The notes beneath the pieces were generated by a model. That model saw nothing but the letters and a program-made list of their open reading frames with translations. It did not search any database and was not told the origin of the DNA. Position numbers and translations under genes: made by a program. Of a DNA stretch of 64,000 nucleotides, positions 37,336-48,586 are shown piece by piece. Within the stretch, counting starts at the first letter, position 1; every line of letters starts with the position of its first letter. The stretch is from Bacteroidales bacterium (GTDB lineage: Bacteria; Bacteroidota; Bacteroidia; Bacteroidales; UBA932), in the NCBI GenBank assembly GCA_017625725.1, contig JAGAKH010000092.1:5442-69441 (forward strand), in the 5' to 3' direction.

Positions 37336-37454
37336 CTCGAGCGACGTTTTGGAACTCCGGCGACGACAGATCAAGCACTGCGGGCGGCTCGGCCAAAGGG
37401 CCGTCCTCGTGCTTGACTGATGCCGTCCTATTTTAATCCCAGCTTCCGCTCGAG
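37336..37454. other. Long nested inverted repeat (rod-like hairpin, about 120 nt)
   Basis: Nested pairings CTCGAGCG/CGCTCGAG, GACGACA/TGCCGTC, TCAAGCAC/GTGCTTGA and GGGCGGCT/GGCCGTCC. Confidence 0.65.
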
Positions 37455-37632
37455 GGAGGCACGGCACCATGCCTACTGCTGCCAAGTTGAGCAGCATTGG
37501 GCACGGTGCATAATGTGTAAATAATTAATATTCAACAATATGCATAAAGTGGAGTGTGCCTGACACTGCCTGTCCTGGCAGCCTTGGGCACACCTTTTCA
37601 ATTTAGGTTTAATATGACTGCACAGAGGCGGA

Positions 37633-38056
37633 GACTGCGGGCAAAATGACTGGAAAAGTGCTCTTGGTACCAACGTTTCTGTGAGCACCACGGGCAGAAA
37701 CTTGGGAAAAGTGCTCTCGGTACCAGCGATTTGGTGAGGACTGAGGGCAGAAACACGGGAATAGTGCTCTTGGTCGCATCACTTTGGTGGGGACCGCGGG
37801 CAGAAACACTGCAAAAGCGATCTTGGTCCCAGCGTTTTGATGAGGACCGCGGGCAAAAACACTGCAAAAGTGCTCTTGGTCCCATCATTTTGATAGGGAC
37901 CGCGGGCGGAAAGGCTGGGAAAGTGCTCGTGGTCCAAGCGATTTGGTGAAGACTGCGGGCAAAAACACTGGGAAAGTGCTCTCGGTCCCATCATTTTGAT
38001 AGGGACCGCGGGCGGAAAGGCTGGGAAAGTGCTCTCGGTCCAAGCGATTTGAGGGG
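37633..38056. repeat. Non-coding tandem array of 8 x 53-bp degenerate palindromic units
   Basis: Units start at 37633, 37686, 37739, 37792, 37845, 37898, 37951 and 38004. Approximate consensus GACCGCGGGCARAAACACTGGRAAAGTGCTCTYGGTCCCAKCRTTTTGRTGAG. Confidence 0.92.
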
Positions 38057-38178
38057 TGTCAAGAGCGGTTTCGCTATTTTTTGCAGTTGGTCAGTTGTCT
38101 CTTAAAAAAATTCCGAATATCACGCATCATTGCCATAACAATCACTATATTTGAGGAATCACTAATGACCAAATCACC

Positions 38179-39861
38179 ATGAGCAAGACCGGACTACTCC
38201 TTAAATACGTTACAGTCATGGCATTGTTTTCCGTCTGCTGTACTATCTATGCAGAGAATGACAATAAAAGCATTTGCATCGACAAAGGGAGGCAATTGTT
38301 TGTCGACGAGTATCTTATAGAAAATACCGACCTTGAAAGAAAAGTTCATCGGGCAGAAAAGATCGGAAAGATAATGGAAGCCGAAACAGAACTCGAGATG
38401 GGAAGAGGAGTATCGAACCCCGGTACCATATTGAATGACGGAGGAGTATGGTGGGATCCTGAAGACGAAATCTTCAAGATGATATATCAGGCCGGATGGC
38501 TTCACACACTTGCATATGCTGAGAGTCATAACGGCATCGACTGGGTACGTCCTGAACTCGATGTGGAACCAGGCACAAACAGAATTCTTACGGACATTAC
38601 TCCCGATTCATCCACGATGTGGCTTGATCATGAGGAGAAGGACCCTCAACAGAGATTCAAAATGTTCGTCCGTCCTCCTATAACCCACCCCGGACATGAG
38701 GGAGAAATCCTCAACGGATGGTGTCTGACTTCACCTGACGGCATACATTGGAACAACAAGGTAAAGACCGGAATCTGCGGAGACAGAAGCACCATATTCT
38801 ATAATCCATTCTCATCGAAATGGATATTCAGCATCAGAAATTACGGATGGCTTGGAGGCGGAAAGGGCGATCTTCCCATAGGACGCTACCGAAGGATAAT
38901 GGAGACGGGAAAATTCATGGAAAACACATATTGGGAACGCGAGGAACCGGAATTCTGGATGGGAGCGGAAAATTGTGAACCTGATCCATATATAGGAGAT
39001 GTACCTCAACTATACAATTTTTCTGCTGTACCATACGAAAGCATAATGATTGGAATAAGGGAGATACTTGTGGGTCCAGACAACGAAAAATGTTCACAAA
39101 CAGGAGCCCCGAAGGTAACAGATCTGATGATAACCTATAGCAGGGATGGTTATGACTGGAATTTCACCGACAGCAAGGCGTTCATAGCCGCTTCAAGATA
39201 CGAAGGTGCATGGGACCGCGGATATCTTTCTCCTTCCGGAAGCATCTGCGGCATAGTCGGGGATAAACTTTGGTTCTGGTACAGCGGATATGAAGGAAGG
39301 CCGGAGAACAAGCCTGAAACTTCAGGAAAAGACCACGGATATGCAGCCCCGCTTCTGGGCATGTATGACAAAGGTGCCATCGGCCTGGCAGTTTTGAGAA
39401 GAGACGGATTCGTATCCTACTCTGCTGGGACACGACAAGGCGAACTTCTGACCAAGCCACTCTGCTTTTCCGGCAGGAACATGTTTGTGAATGTTGATTG
39501 CCCGGAAGGGGAACTTCTCGTGGAAATCCTTGACGCAGAAACAATGGAGCCGATACCGGGTTTCAGTATCGACAGATGTGTTCCAATAAGTGACGACAAG
39601 ACATTGACAGAAATCCGTTGGAGGGGCAAGAAGGATCTTAGGGACTTGATTGGCAAGAACATACGTTTCAGATTCCGGTTGACTGACGGAGACCTGTATG
39701 CTTTCTGGGTAAGTCCGGACAGCAATGGTGCAAGCCACGGATACAACGCCGCAGGAGGCCCTGGCTTTAAGGGTGGGACCGACACAGTAGGCAAGGGCAG
39801 CTATCGGAATGGCGATGTCAGGAAGATTTCCCGACTCATCCTTCGGCCTAGCTCGTTATAG
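38179..39861 (+). CDS. Secreted putative beta-propeller glycoside hydrolase (GH32-like, function unknown)
   Basis: Signal peptide; GRQLFVDEYLIE; Asp-box-like S.NGIDW, SPDGIHW and SRDGYDW; IGLAVLRRDGFVS; TATATTTG at 38146-38153. Confidence 0.6.
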   Translation: MSKTGLLLKYVTVMALFSVCCTIYAENDNKSICIDKGRQLFVDEYLIENTDLERKVHRAEKIGKIMEAETELEMGRGVSNPGTILNDGGVWWDPEDEIFKMIYQAGWLHTLAYAESHNGIDWVRPELDVEPGTNRILTDITPDSSTMWLDHEEKDPQQRFKMFVRPPITHPGHEGEILNGWCLTSPDGIHWNNKVKTGICGDRSTIFYNPFSSKWIFSIRNYGWLGGGKGDLPIGRYRRIMETGKFMENTYWEREEPEFWMGAENCEPDPYIGDVPQLYNFSAVPYESIMIGIREILVGPDNEKCSQTGAPKVTDLMITYSRDGYDWNFTDSKAFIAASRYEGAWDRGYLSPSGSICGIVGDKLWFWYSGYEGRPENKPETSGKDHGYAAPLLGMYDKGAIGLAVLRRDGFVSYSAGTRQGELLTKPLCFSGRNMFVNVDCPEGELLVEILDAETMEPIPGFSIDRCVPISDDKTLTEIRWRGKKDLRDLIGKNIRFRFRLTDGDLYAFWVSPDSNGASHGYNAAGGPGFKGGTDTVGKGSYRNGDVRKISRLILRPSSL

Positions 39862-39909
39862 GCATGCCGCTTGAGTGCTAGCGAAAGAAATGAGTCGCCC
39901 GGAATGATA
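39825..39909. repeat. REP/MITE-like element (divergent copy) overlapping the hydrolase 3' end
   Basis: GATTTCCCGACT...CGCCCGGAATGATA resembles GATGTCTCGACT...CGCCCGACATGACA at 53329. Internal stems CGACTCAT/ATGAGTCG and CTAGC/GCTAG. Confidence 0.55.
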
Positions 39910-39956
39910 CAGACCGCTCGGGAGAGTTTTTGAAAATTCTCTTCCGAGCGGTCTGT
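39909..39956. terminator. Long hairpin between the convergent hydrolase gene and groL
   Basis: ACAGACCGCTCGGGAGAG...CTCTTCCGAGCGGTCTGT inverted repeat. Confidence 0.75.
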
Positions 39957-39979
39957 GATTATTGTATACTTCAACTGTA

Positions 39980-41620
<1,641 letters not shown>

Positions 41621-41625
41621 TTAAA

Positions 41626-41892
41626 TTAAAGTATTGCCAGAATGTCAGACTGCTTCATAATGAGATAGTCCTTTCCATCAACCGAAACTTCTGTTCCGGC
41701 ATATTTGCCGTAGATGACAACGTCACCTACCTTAACTTCCATAACTTCGTCCTTCTTTCCAGGACCAGCCGCAACGACTGTTCCCTGCTGTGGTTTCTCC
41801 TTTGCTGTGTCAGGAATATAAAGTCCTGAAGCTGTCTGAGTCTCAGCCGCCTTAGGCTCGATAACGACTCTGTCTGCCAATGGTCTTATCAT
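41626..41892 (-). CDS. groS: Co-chaperonin GroES
   Basis: [24 protein letters not shown] and KYAGTEV motifs. Confidence 0.98.
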   Translation of the reverse strand: MIRPLADRVVIEPKAAETQTASGLYIPDTAKEKPQQGTVVAAGPGKKDEVMEVKVGDVVIYGKYAGTEVSVDGKDYLIMKQSDILAIL

Positions 41893-41968
41893 GATTCTTA
41901 AAATTATAATTGATTATTTATCTTCGTTCATATCCGCGGACTGATTCCGCAGACCGGGGAACAATCAG

Positions 41969-42008
41969 ACAAAGAAAATGCCAGTCCCGAAGAACTGACA
42001 TTTTGTCA
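41969..42008 (-). promoter_or_regulatory. Candidate groESL control region: TGACA-N3-TGTCA palindrome plus a sigma54-like TGGCA-N5-TTTGT
   Basis: Perfect 5-3-5 palindrome at 41996-42008 and GG-N10-GT at 41969-41983 on the minus strand. Confidence 0.5.
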
Positions 42009-42021
42009 TATACCGTAGATT

Positions 42022-43146
42022 CTATTTCACGCCGAACGAATAGATACAGGTGTGAGAATACGGATGCCTAGGTTTCACAATTGTGCAAGGGAAGTCAGGA
42101 TGATTCGGTGAATCAGGGAATTTCTGAGTCTCAAGAGCAATTGACTCACGATAGCCATGCGGCTTTCTGTATTTTCCTTTCACTGTACCGTCAAAGAAGT
42201 TTCCTCCATAGAACTGAAGACCAGGCTGGTCTGTCCACACCTCCATATAGCGTCCCGAAGCCGGCTCATACACGGAAGCTGCCAGTTCTATACCGTTTTC
42301 CGTCTGGCGGTCAAGCACCCAGTTATGGTCATATCCCATTCCGTTCTTGAGCTGCTCATTCTCCACCTCCAGATCCTGACCGATAGGCTTTGCCGTACGG
42401 AAATCGAAAGGAGTTCCGGTAACATCCATTATCTCACCTGTCGGGATAAGCACTTCATTTACCGGTGTCATGCCAGATGCATTGATCTGAAGGATATGAT
42501 CATTGATGGTACCATTGCCTTCTCCCTTGAGATTGAAGAATGAATGATGGGAAAGATTCACATGAGTAGGCCTGTCACACTGGGCATAGTACTTTACACG
42601 GAAGGTATTGTCATGATTGAGAGAATATGTCATCATTATTATGAGGTTGCCAGGCTTCCCTTCTTCTCCATCCTTATGATAATATGACATGGTAATCAGG
42701 GAGTCAGAGAGATGATCCACGTCCCAAACGACCATATCAAGGCCCTTCAATCCACCATGAAGCGTCTGTCCATTATCATTCTTTGGAAACTCGAACACCT
42801 CACCATCAATAGAATATGTACCATCAGCTATTCTATTTGCATAAGGTCCTACAACGGCACCAAGGAAACGCTCTCCCGGATTGTTGACATAGTCATCGAT
42901 CTTCTTGTAGCCGAGAACCACATCCTCATAATTTCCGTCGCGGTCGGGAACCCACAGATTCACGACCCTGCCACCGAAGTTCGTGACCTGCATAGTAAGG
43001 TCTCCTGCCTTCAGAGTGTAAAGAGCTACCTGCTTGCCATCCACCTCTGTTTCAAATTTAGAAGGCTTGATAAGTTTTACAGAACCTTCACCTGCACAAG
43101 ATGCAATAATCAGCATCACTGCAAAAAAACCGATAATCCGTTTCAT
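42022..43146 (-). CDS. galM: Aldose 1-epimerase (lipoprotein)
   Basis: GPYANRI, LHGG, NLSHHSFFNL, GYDHNW and LETQKFPDSPN motifs. Confidence 0.93.
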   Translation of the reverse strand: MKRIIGFFAVMLIIASCAGEGSVKLIKPSKFETEVDGKQVALYTLKAGDLTMQVTNFGGRVVNLWVPDRDGNYEDVVLGYKKIDDYVNNPGERFLGAVVGPYANRIADGTYSIDGEVFEFPKNDNGQTLHGGLKGLDMVVWDVDHLSDSLITMSYYHKDGEEGKPGNLIIMMTYSLNHDNTFRVKYYAQCDRPTHVNLSHHSFFNLKGEGNGTINDHILQINASGMTPVNEVLIPTGEIMDVTGTPFDFRTAKPIGQDLEVENEQLKNGMGYDHNWVLDRQTENGIELAASVYEPASGRYMEVWTDQPGLQFYGGNFFDGTVKGKYRKPHGYRESIALETQKFPDSPNHPDFPCTIVKPRHPYSHTCIYSFGVK

Positions 43147-43169
43147 TTCTTTATAATATTATTAAATCA

Positions 43170-43712
43170 TTAGTCCATTAATGGGAGATTCAGCCTGAAA
43201 TGCCAAAGAATGACTCCTACTGACACCGAGACATTCAGCGAATGTTTCGTTCCGAACTGCGGTATCTCGAGAGACATATCAGAAAAATCTACGACATCCT
43301 GATCTACACCTGACACCTCGTTTCCAAATACAAGTGCATACTTACGATCCCTCTCCGGCCGGAACGTATCCAACATCACTGACCCTACAGTCTGTTCCAC
43401 ACTCACAATAGTATACCCCTGCTCCTTCAAGCTCCTGACAGCATCCATTGAAGTCCTGGCATATTCCCATGGGACACTCATTTCCGCTCCCAAAGCCGAT
43501 TTGTGAATTTCGGCAGAAGGAGGCTGGGCACATATGCCACACAGCCACACCTTATCTACACGGAAAGAATCTGCTGACCTGAATGCTGATCCTACATTAT
43601 GTGCACTTCTTATGTTATCCAAGACCATAACAAGGCCAGACTCAGGCAGTTCCTTATATTCTTCAGTACTGACCCTTCCCAGTTCAATATTCAAAAGTTT
43701 CCTATTGCCCAT
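43170..43712 (-). CDS. TrmH/SpoU-family RNA methyltransferase
   Basis: [20 protein letters not shown] and [14 protein letters not shown] motifs. Confidence 0.92.
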   Translation of the reverse strand: MGNRKLLNIELGRVSTEEYKELPESGLVMVLDNIRSAHNVGSAFRSADSFRVDKVWLCGICAQPPSAEIHKSALGAEMSVPWEYARTSMDAVRSLKEQGYTIVSVEQTVGSVMLDTFRPERDRKYALVFGNEVSGVDQDVVDFSDMSLEIPQFGTKHSLNVSVSVGVILWHFRLNLPLMD

Positions 43713-43802
43713 ATCCAGAAGGAAAAAGTTATCAACAACAAAGATAAGACATTCTTTAAAAACAAAAAAATGATTATTTTTGCCATCCTTAAACGACTAG
43801 AC

Positions 43803-45131
43803 ATGAAACAAGATCTTCAAATTTTCAATCTAATCAAAAAAGAGGAAGACAGACAGACTTCCGGTATTGAACTCATAGCATCCGAGAACTACGTCAGCGA
43901 ACAGGTTCTTGAAGCCTTGGGGTCCATTTGCACAAACAAGTACGCAGAAGGATATCCTGGAGCCAGATACTATGGAGGATGTGAGATTGTCGATCAGATC
44001 GAACAGCTTGCAATTGACCGTCTCTGCGAACTTTACGAAGCCGAATATGCTAATGTTCAGCCACATTCAGGTGCCCAGGCGAACATGGCGGTAATGATGG
44101 CATGCCTCAAACCAGGTGAAACATTCATGGGACTGGACCTCGCACACGGAGGACATCTGACACATGGATCTCCAGTAAATATGTCAGGAATCCTTTATAA
44201 TGCAGTAGCATATGGTCTTAGCGAAACAACAGGCATGATAGATTATGAGCAGATGGAGGCAAGAGCCCTGGAGTTCAAGCCAAAGCTGATCATAGGTGGT
44301 GCTTCGGCCTACTCAAGAGAATGGGACTATGCAAGAATGAGGGAGATTGCCGACAAGGTAGGAGCTATACTTTGGATCGATATGGCCCATACAGCTGGAC
44401 TTATTGCTGCCGGACTTCTCAGCAACCCTGTAAAATATGCACATATAGTAACCTCAACAACACATAAGACCCTCCGTGGACCTCGTGGAGGTATCATCTT
44501 GATGGGCAAGGACTTCGACAATCCATGGGGACTCACTACTCCAAAGGGTGTAGTAAAGAAGATGTCTCAGATCCTCAACTCAAGCGTCTTCCCAGGCGTT
44601 CAAGGCGGTCCGCTCGAACATTGCATCGCAGCAAAGGCCGTATCGTTCTACGAAGCACTTCAGCCTGAATTCAAGGAATACCAGAAGCAGGTGGTTTCCA
44701 ATGCCGCAGCCATGGCAGACGCCTTTGTATCAAGAGGATACAAGATCGTTTCCGGAGGAACAGACAATCATCTCATGCTGATTGACCTCAGGACGAAGTT
44801 CCCTGAACTCACAGGCAAGGTAGCTGAAAAGGAACTTGGCAAGGCTGACATAACTGTCAACAAGAACATGGTTCCGTTTGACTCACGTACTCCATTCCAG
44901 ACATCCGGAATCAGAGTCGGAACTCCTGCCATCACTTCAAGAGGTTTTGTTGAAAAGGACATGGAGACCATCGTAGGCCTCATTGACCAGATTCTTGCAA
45001 ATGCGGCTGCACACCTCGACCTTATTGCAGGAAAGACCGAAGATGGTCGTGAGGAATATGAAGAAGTTATCGCATCAGTGAAGAAGCAGGTGCGCATGAA
45101 GACCACCGGCATGCCATTGAACAGATACTGA
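43803..45131 (+). CDS. glyA: Serine hydroxymethyltransferase
   Basis: [23 protein letters not shown] and [12 protein letters not shown] motifs; start trimmed to MKQDLQ at 43803. Confidence 0.96.
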   Translation: MKQDLQIFNLIKKEEDRQTSGIELIASENYVSEQVLEALGSICTNKYAEGYPGARYYGGCEIVDQIEQLAIDRLCELYEAEYANVQPHSGAQANMAVMMACLKPGETFMGLDLAHGGHLTHGSPVNMSGILYNAVAYGLSETTGMIDYEQMEARALEFKPKLIIGGASAYSREWDYARMREIADKVGAILWIDMAHTAGLIAAGLLSNPVKYAHIVTSTTHKTLRGPRGGIILMGKDFDNPWGLTTPKGVVKKMSQILNSSVFPGVQGGPLEHCIAAKAVSFYEALQPEFKEYQKQVVSNAAAMADAFVSRGYKIVSGGTDNHLMLIDLRTKFPELTGKVAEKELGKADITVNKNMVPFDSRTPFQTSGIRVGTPAITSRGFVEKDMETIVGLIDQILANAAAHLDLIAGKTEDGREEYEEVIASVKKQVRMKTTGMPLNRY

Positions 45132-45967
45132 TGGAACTGCTTATCCTGGTAGACAACGCACCACATCCTCATGACGGGACATTGTCATCTGAACATGGCC
45201 TGTCTGTTCTGATCAAAAGAGACAACGGAGAAATTGTGCTATGCGACACCGGAAGAAGTAACACATACAGACATAATATGGAAAACCTCGGCCTGAACAT
45301 CAAGGATGTCAGCCGGGGTTTTCTTTCTCACGCCCACAATGACCATTCCGGTGGACTTGCAGATTTCCTCACCCACAACAAGACCGCACCGGTTTATTTA
45401 TCAAGAAAAGCAATCGGGAGGAAATACTTTTCCACAAGGCACAAAGGAGGAGTAAAGGACTTGAGCATGGATCCGTCGGTTGCCAGTGAATGGGGCAGCA
45501 GATTGATAGCCATGGATGCATCCGCATGGATCGATGACGACACTGCTATAGTATTCAATGCCTGCAGGAAGTATAGTCTCCCATCAGGAAACCGTTTTCT
45601 GAAGACTGGTCCTGAGTCAGAAGATATTGATGACGATTTCTGTCATGAGATGTCATTGGTGTTCAAGACCAAGGATGGCCTTGTCATCATATCTCCATGC
45701 TCCCACAACGGTGCGGCTAACATAATATGTTCATGCAGGGAGTTCACCGGAATCCAAGACATAAAGGCCTTCATCGGAGGTCTGCATATTACCGAGGGGC
45801 CCGATATGGAAAAAGACGTGGAGTCATTCATATCGGATATCTGCAAAACAGCTCCGCGGACCAGGATCATAACAGGGCACTGTACATGTGAGGGAGCAAA
45901 AAAAATCCTGCGTGAAAGCGGAGTTGAAATTTCCTTCTTCCACACAGGATTCAGTATTATCCTATAG
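45131..45967 (+). CDS. MBL-fold metallo-hydrolase
   Basis: EHGLS, DTG, SHAHNDHSGG, CSHNG, GGLH and GHCT motifs. Confidence 0.88.
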   Translation: MELLILVDNAPHPHDGTLSSEHGLSVLIKRDNGEIVLCDTGRSNTYRHNMENLGLNIKDVSRGFLSHAHNDHSGGLADFLTHNKTAPVYLSRKAIGRKYFSTRHKGGVKDLSMDPSVASEWGSRLIAMDASAWIDDDTAIVFNACRKYSLPSGNRFLKTGPESEDIDDDFCHEMSLVFKTKDGLVIISPCSHNGAANIICSCREFTGIQDIKAFIGGLHITEGPDMEKDVESFISDICKTAPRTRIITGHCTCEGAKKILRESGVEISFFHTGFSIIL

Positions 45968-45973
45968 AACCGA

Positions 45974-48577
45974 TCAGATGACCTCTATATCTGAAGTCTG
46001 CAGCCATCCCTGACGGCCATCAGCAAGTTCAATGTTATTCCACGAGCCTACTTCATCGATTATCTTTACCTTTGTTCCTTCATGAAGGATGAAAAGGTCC
46101 TGAGAGGCTTCAGCAGAAGGTGAACTCTTTACCGATATAACCGGCCTCATTATGATGGCGTCATCTCTTTTCATATAGTCATTCTTCTGCCACATCGAGA
46201 AACTGATTGCAAAGACAGATATGATCAATGTGACTATTCCGGCGAAGAAACCTGTCCTCCTTCCAGCCACTGTAGGAGCAAGAAGGAAAAGAAGAAGCAA
46301 AGCAAGTGTCAGTGCCAGAAAGACGATAAACACAACAGCCCACGAATCAGAGTCAAGAACCCAGCATAGGTCTCTCATCCATGTCTTCAGAATAAGTTCC
46401 GGTACCGGGTCTATCCTATCCTGAATCATGGATTCAAGAAGTTCCAGATTGTATCTGGCATCGGAATAAGAAGGATCCAGTTTCAAGGCACGCTCGTAAT
46501 AAAGTATGGCCATCGGAACATTCCCCTCCTTATAGAATGCATTTCCCGTGTTACAATAAAGGGCGGCTGACTCAAGCCCTGCAGAAGATATCATCATATA
46601 ATCGGAAGAAGCATCTTCGAATCGTCCTTCTGAATATGCAGCATTTGCAGAATTCCAAAGCGAGTCAATATATGCGTCATTTCCTGCATAAGATGACATA
46701 GGAAGAAGCATCAATGCCACGATTACAAGGACGGCACGAGAGCCGGATGTCTTTTTATCCTTCATATTGGAATCAATTGTCGAAATCACATCCAAGGCTG
46801 CATCATAATGGGCAGCCATCGCTTCATGTCCCGATGACGGAGAATAACGGGCAAACTCACACGCATCAAGAATGCTGACAAACCTCTCGACATCGGAAGC
46901 CGCAACAGACCTTTCAGACAGCATTTCAGCAATATTGTCTTTGGACAGTTCTCCTGAAGGCACATTGAGTTTGTCAGACACGAATCCCAGAAGAGCCTTA
47001 TGAAGTTCCTCATAGAAAGCTGTGTAAAGATTCTCTTTCAGGAATGAACCGGCAAGACGCAGTCTCTTCATAGCCATCTTGGTTGCCTTTCTGTTCTTTG
47101 TACCCGCCACATCAGCACGCCTTGCCGCAATCCTGCGCAGGAGCAGCCAGCATACGGCTGCAATTAAAAACAAAAGCACAACTATGACCCAGAACATGGC
47201 TGAACCGACAAAATAACTGCCTTTTGCCGCCAATGCAGGACTCTTCACATTTATATACCTGACGTCGCTACCCAGATTCTTCACATCCTTTCTGGAAACT
47301 CCTGGAACGACAACTGATGCAGTTTCAGTTTCCTGACCTTTCAGAACTACAAGTGGAATCGGAGAAGTGGAAAGCGTAACATAACTCTTGGTATTGACAT
47401 CATAGTAAGAGTACTTAACCGGTTCTATGATAAAGTCACCATGGCTGCGAGGAATGAAAGGAAACTCATAATATTTCGTTCCTGACAGACCGTTCTTGTC
47501 TATCTTTTCAGAAGTCTTCGTATCATATACTTCCATATCAAGAGGGAACTGTACCTTTGGAGCCTCAAGCAGACTCACGTTGCCCCTTCCAGACACTGTG
47601 ATGAGAAGCGAAGCTGCCTCGTGCGTTTTCAATGTATCCTTTGATACTTTGGCTGAAATAGAGAAAGTTCCCACTCCGCCGCCAAAAGATGCAGGAGCAC
47701 CGGCAGGAAGACCGGAGACATTGACCCTTACCGGCTTGGAAACAACTCTTTTCCTGACGGTCCTGTAGTCATCAAAGAACCCGTCAAAAATACTGCTGCC
47801 GCCTGAAGATACTCTTATATTGATCAGACATACAAGCTCAGCAGGATCAATGGTTATAGTACCCTGCTGCTGCGGTATAAGAAGAAACTTTCTCAATACT
47901 GCAGCATTGTAGATCTGTCCGCCGTAGGTCTCGCGTGAGAACTCAATATTTGTCGGGCTCTCTACTTCCTGACTCCAGAATCCGTTGAAAGACGGGAAAT
48001 TAGCACTCTCAAATCCTGCAACATTAACCCTTTGGTATAATTTGACCGTCGCAGTAACAGGTTCCCCGACGACTACATTGCTACGACTTAAGGAAACATC
48101 CAGAAAGATATCTCCATCACCTACAGCTGACTGCTGTCTCTGAGACTGACTGCCGGTCTGAGCCTGCTGCGAATTTGATGAACCTTGCTGGGAGGACGAT
48201 GCCACTACCTCGATCTGGACCTGCTCTGAAAAGATTTCCCTTCCCTTGACCTTGGCGGAAGCCTGAGGTACAGCAAACTTACCTGCCTTAACAGGTTTCA
48301 GAACATAGGTATAAGTCGTCTGTACTGACTTGGTTCTCTGGCCATTCACTATCTGCAGACTCGTAGAGCGTCCCTGCTGAGGTCCCCATAGAAGCTGGAA
48401 ATCCTCACTTGGAGTCCATGAGAAACCCGATGGAGAATTCTCTCCCTCAATGATGAAAGTGAGATTGAACTGCTCGTCCACTGAAACCACCCTATGGGTT
48501 TCCACCTTGATGGAAGTCTGTGCAAAAAGTCCTATTGCAGCAAACAGACCAAATAATATCAAATATAGTCGTTTCAT
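45974..48577 (-). CDS. batD: BatD-BatE fusion protein
   Basis: About 600-aa BatD region ending CEFARYSP, then an internal signal-like helix, a TPR (AILYYERALKLDP) and an SH3-like region (LHEGTKVKI..GW) typical of BatE. Confidence 0.85.
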   Translation of the reverse strand: MKRLYLILFGLFAAIGLFAQTSIKVETHRVVSVDEQFNLTFIIEGENSPSGFSWTPSEDFQLLWGPQQGRSTSLQIVNGQRTKSVQTTYTYVLKPVKAGKFAVPQASAKVKGREIFSEQVQIEVVASSSQQGSSNSQQAQTGSQSQRQQSAVGDGDIFLDVSLSRSNVVVGEPVTATVKLYQRVNVAGFESANFPSFNGFWSQEVESPTNIEFSRETYGGQIYNAAVLRKFLLIPQQQGTITIDPAELVCLINIRVSSGGSSIFDGFFDDYRTVRKRVVSKPVRVNVSGLPAGAPASFGGGVGTFSISAKVSKDTLKTHEAASLLITVSGRGNVSLLEAPKVQFPLDMEVYDTKTSEKIDKNGLSGTKYYEFPFIPRSHGDFIIEPVKYSYYDVNTKSYVTLSTSPIPLVVLKGQETETASVVVPGVSRKDVKNLGSDVRYINVKSPALAAKGSYFVGSAMFWVIVVLLFLIAAVCWLLLRRIAARRADVAGTKNRKATKMAMKRLRLAGSFLKENLYTAFYEELHKALLGFVSDKLNVPSGELSKDNIAEMLSERSVAASDVERFVSILDACEFARYSPSSGHEAMAAHYDAALDVISTIDSNMKDKKTSGSRAVLVIVALMLLPMSSYAGNDAYIDSLWNSANAAYSEGRFEDASSDYMMISSAGLESAALYCNTGNAFYKEGNVPMAILYYERALKLDPSYSDARYNLELLESMIQDRIDPVPELILKTWMRDLCWVLDSDSWAVVFIVFLALTLALLLLFLLAPTVAGRRTGFFAGIVTLIISVFAISFSMWQKNDYMKRDDAIIMRPVISVKSSPSAEASQDLFILHEGTKVKIIDEVGSWNNIELADGRQGWLQTSDIEVI

Positions 48578-48586
48578 ACTTCGTTT

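Noticed and set aside
37516-37544. AT-rich imperfect palindrome as an att or dif-like site
   Set aside because: Too degenerate, and no partner site or recombinase was seen.
37222-37994. Short ORFs overlapping the tRNA and the 53-bp array
   Set aside because: The same peptide fragments recur in shifting frames because the period is not a multiple of 3, so these are by-products of non-coding repeats.
37633-38056. CRISPR array
   Set aside because: No invariant repeat with unique spacers: whole 53-bp units are homologous, and there are no cas genes in the window.
43599-43802. N-terminal extension of GlyA in the ORF track
   Set aside because: It overlaps the divergent methyltransferase gene and promoter region; homology begins at MKQDLQ (43803).
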